Shown one piece after another: positions 57,343 through 64,000 of a stretch of 64,000 nt of DNA (position 1 is its first letter; each line of letters begins with the position of its first letter). Position numbers and translations under genes: made by a program. The stretch is taken from the IMG/VR virus record IMGVR_UViG_3300046808_001241, positions 62,001 through 126,000 of that record, one strand, 5' to 3'. Under the pieces are notes generated by a model, which was not told the origin of the DNA, ran no database searches, and saw only the letters and a list, made by a program, of their open reading frames with translations.

Positions 57343-59241
57343 TTAAACGGCAGGGGTTTCAGGAGCTGTTGTTGGAGTTGTTGGAGCTCCTCCTGCTCCT
57401 TCTCCAGCTGGAGTTTCAGGAGTTACTGGAGCCTCTTCTGCTCCACCTGCCTCTGGAGTTCCTCCTGCTGAGCCAAATTCTGGGATGCCTTCTGTTCCTG
57501 CAGTTCCTCCGCCGCCCCCTCCAGCTCCCAACATACCTTCAGCACCTTCTCCACTTTCTGGAGCAGCTCCTGTAGCAAGAGCCATTGCTTCCCTGAAATT
57601 TGGACCCATTTCAGTGATCTTAGCAATTTCCCAAGTTAAAGCTGCATCTTTTCTAAGCCACTCCCTGTTTTCCTTCATGGTTTCAGCAGACATATCAAGA
57701 TAATATTTCTGAGCAAATGATTTAGAAATTGCTTCTGACTGGGTTGCTGTATTATAATTGTCAAACCGCATTTGAAGCAATTGCTGATTACGCATTGCCA
57801 TGAACGAAGTTGGTTCATTAAATTTAACATAAAGAGCTTGTTCGCGAAGTTTGCATTCTTTCCAGAGACCTTTGAGTTTTAAGTGAGTAATAAAAGTTTC
57901 TTTGACTCCAATTGCAAATTGAGACTGCAATCGCATAATAAATCTTGCGAATCTTAATTCATCTCGAGTAATTTCAGCTCCATCTTTAAATGGATCACCA
58001 GGAGTTAAAAACCTTGATGTGGGAACTTTCAGGCTTTTATATAATTTAGAAAGGAAGTAGTCCAGATCTTTTATTTCTCCAAGATTACCAGCTGAAGCTA
58101 GAGTGGAAACATCCGTTCCTTTTCCTTGAGCATCAACAGGAAACCAATACGAATCCAACATCGATTGAGGATCATAAACATTAGACACTCTAGACTCCAT
58201 GCTGTTATAAGTCTTTTTAGACCAATACTTCATCATGAGCCCTTTAATATATGATTCAGCCTTTGGAGGAGGCATATTGCCTGTATAAACCTTGAAGACG
58301 AGTCTTTCTGGAGCTCTAACTAAACGATAGATAACTACAGAATCTTCAATAAGAGAAAGTTGTCTATATGCTCGCTTTGCGTTTTCAATGAAAGGTAATC
58401 TAAATGTTTTAAATTCATTCCACATTCCAGAGTGAATGTAAGACACTTGAGCTTTTTGTAAGAACATCAATTCTTGTTGATCTTCAGTATTAATTGAATT
58501 GGTTGGTCCAACAATTGGCTTTTGAAGCAAGAAGCCTTTTAGTAATTCGTTTTGTACATTATGAAAAACAGGATTAATGAGCTCGGAAGGAATGGACATT
58601 AAGCCAAGCACCCCTAAATCTTCTTTTCCTTCTTTAATAAGATTTTCAAAAAACAATTCCCCTTCAACAAGCATTTGACGAAACTTTTCCCAACCTGTAT
58701 TTTCTAGATCATAAATTTCAATAAATTTTTTGAACTCTTTTTTAATTTCATCTTGAACGGTTTTGGAATAATTTCCCTTTAAGTCAAAATCCACGATGTT
58801 TCCATCATCGTCTTTAACAATACATTCGTCACAAATTTCATCTAAACAATCAGCAAGCTCTGCATAAGCTGCCATCCGACGATAGTCCATCATTCGTCTG
58901 CCTTTGTCTTTATCTAACGAAGCATAAACAAAGGCTTGATAATCTTTATTAATACCAAACGATCCAGGGGTGCCGGTTGAATAATTGTCAACGTTTGGCT
59001 GAGCAAGAAACACGCTCTGATCTTGCAACATCTGATCTTTTAAAGAAGCTTGATCCTTGAAAGTATAAAACTTAGGATTGCTTCTGACCATAGCGTCAAT
59101 GATCTGATAAGCAAAAGGAAGTCTTGAAACAAACGAACTAAGGAGAGGGCTTTGAGGAACACCAGCTCCTTGTTTAGCTCCAGAAACGTTTCCGGAAGGT
59201 GGCACGCCGCCATTATTGGTATATGCGCGATGAATTGACAT
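57343..59241 (-). CDS. gp20: portal protein
   Basis: YR.MA...E...CLDEI, EDS.VIYRL.RAPER.VF...GNMP..KAE.Y, SML..YW.P, YK.LKVP.SR, RDE..F..FI.RLQ. Confidence 0.97.
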   Translation of the reverse strand: MSIHRAYTNNGGVPPSGNVSGAKQGAGVPQSPLLSSFVSRLPFAYQIIDAMVRSNPKFYTFKDQASLKDQMLQDQSVFLAQPNVDNYSTGTPGSFGINKDYQAFVYASLDKDKGRRMMDYRRMAAYAELADCLDEICDECIVKDDDGNIVDFDLKGNYSKTVQDEIKKEFKKFIEIYDLENTGWEKFRQMLVEGELFFENLIKEGKEDLGVLGLMSIPSELINPVFHNVQNELLKGFLLQKPIVGPTNSINTEDQQELMFLQKAQVSYIHSGMWNEFKTFRLPFIENAKRAYRQLSLIEDSVVIYRLVRAPERLVFKVYTGNMPPPKAESYIKGLMMKYWSKKTYNSMESRVSNVYDPQSMLDSYWFPVDAQGKGTDVSTLASAGNLGEIKDLDYFLSKLYKSLKVPTSRFLTPGDPFKDGAEITRDELRFARFIMRLQSQFAIGVKETFITHLKLKGLWKECKLREQALYVKFNEPTSFMAMRNQQLLQMRFDNYNTATQSEAISKSFAQKYYLDMSAETMKENREWLRKDAALTWEIAKITEMGPNFREAMALATGAAPESGEGAEGMLGAGGGGGGTAGTEGIPEFGSAGGTPEAGGAEEAPVTPETPAGEGAGGAPTTPTTAPETPAV

Positions 59242-59302
59242 TTGTATTAATTATCGAAAATCTTCCACTTGATAAACTATAAATTTTTTCTAAGTTATTT
59301 AA

Positions 59303-59593
59303 GTGTTCAAAAAGAAAAAAACTAATTTAAACCTTCAACCTCCACCAAGAGCAATCTTTGCGTGGACAAGTCTCAGATGTGGTGACTTCATTATTTTTAA
59401 AGAATCACATAAAGACTATTATGAATTTGTTTATGTTCCTGGAGGAGATTTGTTTCGTCTAACAATAGAAGACTTTACAAAGTCTGTTAAGTCCGGAATG
59501 TTGGAATTTGTGGAGCAACTTCCGGAAGATGTTTATAATGAATCGTTGGAACTTTCTACAAATAAATGTTGTGCTGTCCAACCAACAAATTGA
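59303..59593 (+). CDS. hypothetical protein
   Basis: 96-aa ORF divergent from the portal gene. Confidence 0.5.
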   Translation: MFKKKKTNLNLQPPPRAIFAWTSLRCGDFIIFKESHKDYYEFVYVPGGDLFRLTIEDFTKSVKSGMLEFVEQLPEDVYNESLELSTNKCCAVQPTN

Positions 59594-59606
59594 TATTATA
59601 GGAAGT

Positions 59607-59855
59607 ATGACAAAACGAAAAAACAAACAGAACCAATATCCAAAAACTACAATTACTCTTGACGGCATTTCCGTGTATACTTTGTGTCGATGGGCTTCCC
59701 TCAAAGATGCTGTAGATATTGTTGCTGAAAAGTGCGAAGAGAAGAAGATTGATTTTAATGACTTCGATCTAAAGCCTTTGGATCTTCTTAAATATGTTGA
59801 TTGTATGACAGATCAGCTTTACAATAAAGTTACAGAACAAGAAATCAATGCTTAA
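59607..59855 (+). CDS. hypothetical protein
   Basis: ATG at 59607 (MTKRK). Confidence 0.5.
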   Translation: MTKRKNKQNQYPKTTITLDGISVYTLCRWASLKDAVDIVAEKCEEKKIDFNDFDLKPLDLLKYVDCMTDQLYNKVTEQEINA

Positions 59856-60285
59856 ACAAACATCAATCATAATAGGAATTTCATTAGGATTAACTGCCTT
59901 ATTTTCAACCTTATTTGGATTTGCGGGAAGTGCTATTGCTGGTACATTCTGGGGATGGTTTTGGGTTACAATGCTCCTCCAGATTATTGGATTCATTGCT
60001 GTCAATTCCCATCTACTTCAACGAGATAATATTCAATTGCAACAAGCTGAGGCTGAAGCACTCGAACAATTGTCTAAATTTACCATAAAAGTATCATGTG
60101 CATATTGCCAGCAGTATAATACAACTCCAGTGCAACTAAATCAGCGTAACACCTTCAAATGTGAGAGCTGCAATCAAGTTAATGGAATTTCGATGCAGTT
60201 CATGGCTACAACGTTGACCAGTCCAATCGAATCAGTGAAGATTCCTATAGAGAATTCAGGATCGGTCGAGTTCAAAGTAACATAA
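59848..60285 (+). CDS. two-TM membrane protein with a Zn ribbon
   Basis: Hydrophobic N-terminal half; CAYC...CESC. Confidence 0.65.
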   Translation: MLKQTSIIIGISLGLTALFSTLFGFAGSAIAGTFWGWFWVTMLLQIIGFIAVNSHLLQRDNIQLQQAEAEALEQLSKFTIKVSCAYCQQYNTTPVQLNQRNTFKCESCNQVNGISMQFMATTLTSPIESVKIPIENSGSVEFKVT

Positions 60286-60286
60286 A

Positions 60287-60508
60287 ATGAAAAATCAAAA
60301 AATTACTGCAACATTAAGTCTGGTCAAAAAACAACAAGAACCGGTACTGTATTACGAAGATCTTCTTAAACAAAAAGAATTTAGCTTAGATGACTGGCGT
60401 AAAGCTAAGCGGAAACATCCTATCCGTACCTGGTTTCGTTCTCAGTATGTAACCATTTGCGATGCTTTAAGAGAAGCCAAATATGCTTTTACACGTTGGT
60501 GTTCGTGA
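60287..60508 (+). CDS. small hypothetical protein
   Basis: Operonic ORF. Confidence 0.45.
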   Translation: MKNQKITATLSLVKKQQEPVLYYEDLLKQKEFSLDDWRKAKRKHPIRTWFRSQYVTICDALREAKYAFTRWCS

Positions 60509-60703
60509 TTGATAATCTTCATAATGGAACCCAATTCAACAAAAACTCCACAGTACACAAACGAAGAACTCGAAATGTTCGTAAGCACAAAAAACTATAA
60601 AACAATGAAGTCTTCATTTTTGATACATTGGGCTAGCGCTAAATTACAAATTCGTTTGTGGAGAGCAGCCTTGATTGGTTTATTTGGCGCGAAAGATAAA
60701 TAA
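60509..60703 (+). CDS. small hypothetical protein
   Basis: Operonic ORF, start uncertain. Confidence 0.4.
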   Translation: MIIFIMEPNSTKTPQYTNEELEMFVSTKNYKTMKSSFLIHWASAKLQIRLWRAALIGLFGAKDK

Positions 60704-60707
60704 CTAC

Positions 60708-61169
60708 ATGTCGGACATTGACTTTATTTCATTATGTGAATCGGTTATAGAAGAAACGTTGCTCTTTGAAGCAAGAACAGAATATTATAAAGAGATTGCT
60801 GATGAGGCTAATCGAGCAAGAAAAATTAGGCAAACGACTAAAGATACACAAGAAAAAGAACAAGCTCAAACTGACCTTAAAGGACTACAAACTCGATTTT
60901 TAGGAGAACTAAATTATGGCACGAGACCAGAAAATGCGTTGAGAACAAATGATGAGCTTGAAGCAGTTATTCACGAAATTGCTCTTCAAGGGCCTGTAAA
61001 TCTTTCAGGACTTAACAATCTAAAGCCGTCTGTTCTTGGAGATGTCGATGCATTGGTACCTCGAACTGAAAACAATGCGTTATTTGCTATCTTTAGAACT
61101 TTGAAAGAAAAAGGCAAGAACATTTATCAAATTTTGGCAAACAAACAAAAAACCGGAAAATACGAATGA
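60708..61169 (+). CDS. hypothetical protein, possibly virion
   Basis: TAAATA-N5-ATG; DFISLCE..LLFE leader. Confidence 0.55.
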   Translation: MSDIDFISLCESVIEETLLFEARTEYYKEIADEANRARKIRQTTKDTQEKEQAQTDLKGLQTRFLGELNYGTRPENALRTNDELEAVIHEIALQGPVNLSGLNNLKPSVLGDVDALVPRTENNALFAIFRTLKEKGKNIYQILANKQKTGKYE

Positions 61170-61453
61170 AATCAATAAAGGATTATACAATTTTCAATTC
61201 GGTAAATCCTGATGCCTTGACTCCAAAGGCTCAGATGCCAATGCCTTTTCCTCTTGAAAATTTTGATCAAGAAATTGCAGTATCTTATGACAAACTTGAT
61301 TTAATTCTTAAAAAGCTTGAAGCTGCTGAACGAAATCCTATTAATAATACTCCAGCAAGAAAAAGACGTTTGAAGTCACTGAAGTATAAGATCAAGACCG
61401 CATTGCAGCTTGTCAGAGAAGTTTCTGTTTCTTGTTCAGAACTTTGGTATTGA
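61166..61453 (+). CDS. hypothetical protein
   Basis: ATGA overlap with the previous gene. Confidence 0.55.
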   Translation: MKSIKDYTIFNSVNPDALTPKAQMPMPFPLENFDQEIAVSYDKLDLILKKLEAAERNPINNTPARKRRLKSLKYKIKTALQLVREVSVSCSELWY

Positions 61454-61484
61454 TTTATTCAAAATTTATTGTAAGATAATTGAT

Positions 61485-61751
61485 ATGAGTCAACCTATCA
61501 TCTATCAGGTCAAGCCAGAACAAGTAGGAAAAGGAGATCTACAAGACTTCCTTCGTCGTGCAATTCAAAAGCAATTTGAAGGAAAAGAGTATTATGTTTC
61601 AAAGGAACTAATTGAAGAAAAGGTTACTCATTATTCTTCTACTCCAAGAAAGCTGAGAGGATTTTTAATCAATGAAGCAAATAACACAGGACACGCAATT
61701 TGGTTTGATGTAACAGAATGTTCCCAAGGAGTTAACTGGCTGGCCCGATGA
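61485..61751 (+). CDS. hypothetical protein
   Basis: TTGATT-16-TAAGAT-7-ATG. Confidence 0.55.
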   Translation: MSQPIIYQVKPEQVGKGDLQDFLRRAIQKQFEGKEYYVSKELIEEKVTHYSSTPRKLRGFLINEANNTGHAIWFDVTECSQGVNWLAR

Positions 61752-62044
61752 CAAACGAATTTATTAATCACGCAACCAACACAATCAAAGAGGTTGCAAA
61801 GACCATGCAAGAGCGTGGTTCGCAGTATGCTGACACTTGGGGAAAAGACGGATGTTGGCATTTGACGAAGGCTATCGTTCAGAAGTATACGGACAAACAA
61901 TTAGACGAAAATGCCTTAAAAGCAATTGCCTTGGCTTCGTTTTGCGATCAAAAGTATTCAAGATTTGCTGGAGGCTACAAGAAAGACACTGCTGTAGATT
62001 TGATTCCTTACATTGGAGCCCTTGCTGATATAGTAGGAGAATAA
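61748..62044 (+). CDS. small helical protein, DUF6378/nucleotide-modification-associated-like
   Basis: ERG.QY.D.W, K..R, D...D...Y pattern. Confidence 0.45.
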   Translation: MTNEFINHATNTIKEVAKTMQERGSQYADTWGKDGCWHLTKAIVQKYTDKQLDENALKAIALASFCDQKYSRFAGGYKKDTAVDLIPYIGALADIVGE

Positions 62045-62067
62045 ACAAATTCTATAAGTATTGAAGT

Positions 62068-62898
62068 ATGATTTTTACTTTAATCCTTGGTTTTTGTGCT
62101 CTTTTTGTTGCAGGCTGTGCTGCGTACTTTTCTGTATTGGGCATTGCAATGCTTTTTTCAGGAAGCTTTTTACAAGTAGCAATAATGGCTAGCTCTTTGG
62201 AATTAGGAAAGCTTGTTGCTACTTCATACCTTTACCGTTATTGGAACAATACCACGTGGTGGCTTAAAGCATATTTGTGTATTGCTGTATTGATTTTAAT
62301 GGGAATAACATCAATTGGTGTATTTGGTTATCTTTCTTCAGCTTATCAAGTAAACTCTGGAAAGTTCGAACAAATTGATACAAAAATGCAATTAATCGAA
62401 ACACAGAAAGCAGCTTTAGATACGGAGATAGAACAATTAAACAAACGCACTGAAACTCTTAATGAAATTAGAATAACACAAGAACAAAGAGTTCAACAAG
62501 CCGGAAACTATAAAGCTCCAAGAGAACAAGCATATGCTGCAATTGAAAAAGCAAACGAAGAAGTCAAAACAATATCTGACAAACTACAAAATCTAAGAGA
62601 ACAAAGATTTCAAAAAGATAATGAAGTAATTTTATTAAAACAAGAAGTGAGTAAAGCAAAAGATATCGGAACGTTCATGTTTGTAGCAAGTGCTCTTAAT
62701 AAACCTGTAGACACGATTGTAATGGTGTTTATAGCAATATTAATTTGTGTATTCGATCCTTTAGCCGTTTCTTTGGTTTTAGCATTCAATGTAGCTACAA
62801 AAGGTTCTATATTAAAAGAAGAGATACAAGAACCATCAGAAGAAACTGATCCAAAATCTATAAAGATTTCTACAAAAGGAAGATTGAAGGCTCGTTAG
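62068..62898 (+). CDS. membrane-anchored coiled-coil protein
   Basis: Three N-terminal TMs (FS..G.A.LF, LE.GKLV), long coiled coil, C-terminal TM FDPLA. Confidence 0.75.
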   Translation: MIFTLILGFCALFVAGCAAYFSVLGIAMLFSGSFLQVAIMASSLELGKLVATSYLYRYWNNTTWWLKAYLCIAVLILMGITSIGVFGYLSSAYQVNSGKFEQIDTKMQLIETQKAALDTEIEQLNKRTETLNEIRITQEQRVQQAGNYKAPREQAYAAIEKANEEVKTISDKLQNLREQRFQKDNEVILLKQEVSKAKDIGTFMFVASALNKPVDTIVMVFIAILICVFDPLAVSLVLAFNVATKGSILKEEIQEPSEETDPKSIKISTKGRLKAR

Positions 62899-64000
62899 AA
62901 AAAATCAGCAACGATAGCATTATTGCCACCAGCTTGATTGTTTTTTACTCCAACAAATCTGTTATTAGCAACAGTCACGTCGCTGATTGCTACAGTAGTA
63001 GGTACGTTTGCGAAAGCGACCCAGCTTATTCCATCTTTTGACATTGCTTGATAGTTTACATCTATAGCGACAAAATATCCATTGTTATACGTAACTGAAT
63101 TCCAATTGCGCTTTAGATTAGGGGAAGTATAAGAAACGCCATACCAACCAATTCCGTCATTAGAGTAAGCAAATTGAAATGTTGATGTTGAACCTGAACC
63201 ACAAACAGCAACATATCTGCCACTTAACGGCAAGTTGACACTTCCGTCATAACCGTAAGCAACTTGTGTCCATGCATGACCAGTTTGCAAATTTTGACCA
63301 AGAGGAGAATTACCTACTGCATAATTGCCTCTATTCCACAAACTTCCTCCATCGTTTGAATATCCAAACTTATGATCTCCTGCCGATCCACAAGCAACTA
63401 ATCTATGATTAGGCATTTGAGAACCTTCAGCGAGATTGCCTGTATATCCTTGATTATTTGAGTTAGGAACACTGTTTACCAAAAACCCAGCAGATAGCCA
63501 ATTAACGCCGTCAGCGGAGTACATACCACACAACTGATTTGTATATCTTCCATTTTTTGAACCAATGGCTATATATCTTCCGTGATATGAACTGTATTGA
63601 CAATCGCTTGTTTCTAAGGAAGTAACAGCGGGACTAATAGTGCCTACTGTCCATCCTGTTAAAATATCAACAGAAGTATAATAATTTATAGTGCCAGATA
63701 TTGAAGCAAATTGAGTTTCAAGCATAACCCATATGTTGTTACCCCATGCTATAGCATTGTAAAATTCTGAACCTACTGCTGGATTTATCGGATTTATAGG
63801 AGTCGCCCAAGTATTTCCGTTGTCAGTTGAGTAACTGTATCTGTTAAATCCAGCTACTACAAGAGTATTCGTTGGTCCATAAACGACTTCGCTCCAAGGC
63901 CCGGTTGCTAAGTTTTTTTCAATCCAACCATACGAGGATAGCTTCCAAACAAGCGTTCCATTAAGCCAGGCTTCTTTTGCTGGCGTTCCTCCATAGCTTA
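62895..64000 (-). CDS. beta-propeller/BNR-repeat virion protein (5' partial)
   Basis: Frame stays open upstream of 63725 to the window end; S.D.G..W repeats. Confidence 0.7.
   Translation of the reverse strand, partial: SYGGTPAKEAWLNGTLVWKLSSYGWIEKNLATGPWSEVVYGPTNTLVVAGFNRYSYSTDNGNTWATPINPINPAVGSEFYNAIAWGNNIWVMLETQFASISGTINYYTSVDILTGWTVGTISPAVTSLETSDCQYSSYHGRYIAIGSKNGRYTNQLCGMYSADGVNWLSAGFLVNSVPNSNNQGYTGNLAEGSQMPNHRLVACGSAGDHKFGYSNDGGSLWNRGNYAVGNSPLGQNLQTGHAWTQVAYGYDGSVNLPLSGRYVAVCGSGSTSTFQFAYSNDGIGWYGVSYTSPNLKRNWNSVTYNNGYFVAIDVNYQAMSKDGISWVAFANVPTTVAISDVTVANNRFVGVKNNQAGGNNAIVADFF

Noticed and set aside
1-64000. Stop-codon reassignment or tRNA genes
   Set aside because: Core genes are full length in the standard code with TAA, TAG and TGA stops; no cloverleaf with a T-loop GTTCRA was seen by eye (a tRNAscan run would settle it)

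Overview
A 64-kb segment of a large AT-rich T4-like contractile-tailed (myo)phage; no cellular genes, tRNAs or CRISPR arrays were seen. It carries a replication cluster (DHH phosphoesterase, gp59-like, gp32 SSB, FolE, sliding clamp), terminase and tail genes (gp17, gp3-like, sheath gp18, tube gp19), and a run of accessory genes (two tandem deaminases, a metallophosphoesterase, a CX5R phosphatase). It also carries a 1328-aa fibre, a split gp5-like hub/spike, PhoH, a DenV-like glycosylase, a DUF6267-like KxDG enzyme with a HIGH-type nucleotidyltransferase, gp15, GroES, the head module (gp23, gp22, gp21, gp4, gp13, gp20) with three free-standing homing endonucleases, and an array of fibre/chaperone gene pairs. 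The most notable items are: (1) a compact putative DNA-hypermodification operon (QueD-like, P-loop kinase, TGT/DpdA-like, GT-A glycosyltransferase, DUF366-like) with FolE 34 kb away, suggesting a decorated 7-deazaguanine base; (2) enzymes with T4 capsid-targeting-like N-termini under late promoters, suggesting a packaged and injected enzyme set; (3) a gp5 OB-fold interrupted by two different peptidoglycan-hydrolase domains; (4) a TAAATA-N5-ATG pattern across the window, implying leaderless late mRNAs; (5) a candidate structured late ncRNA. All family names come from motif recognition by eye; no database searches were run.
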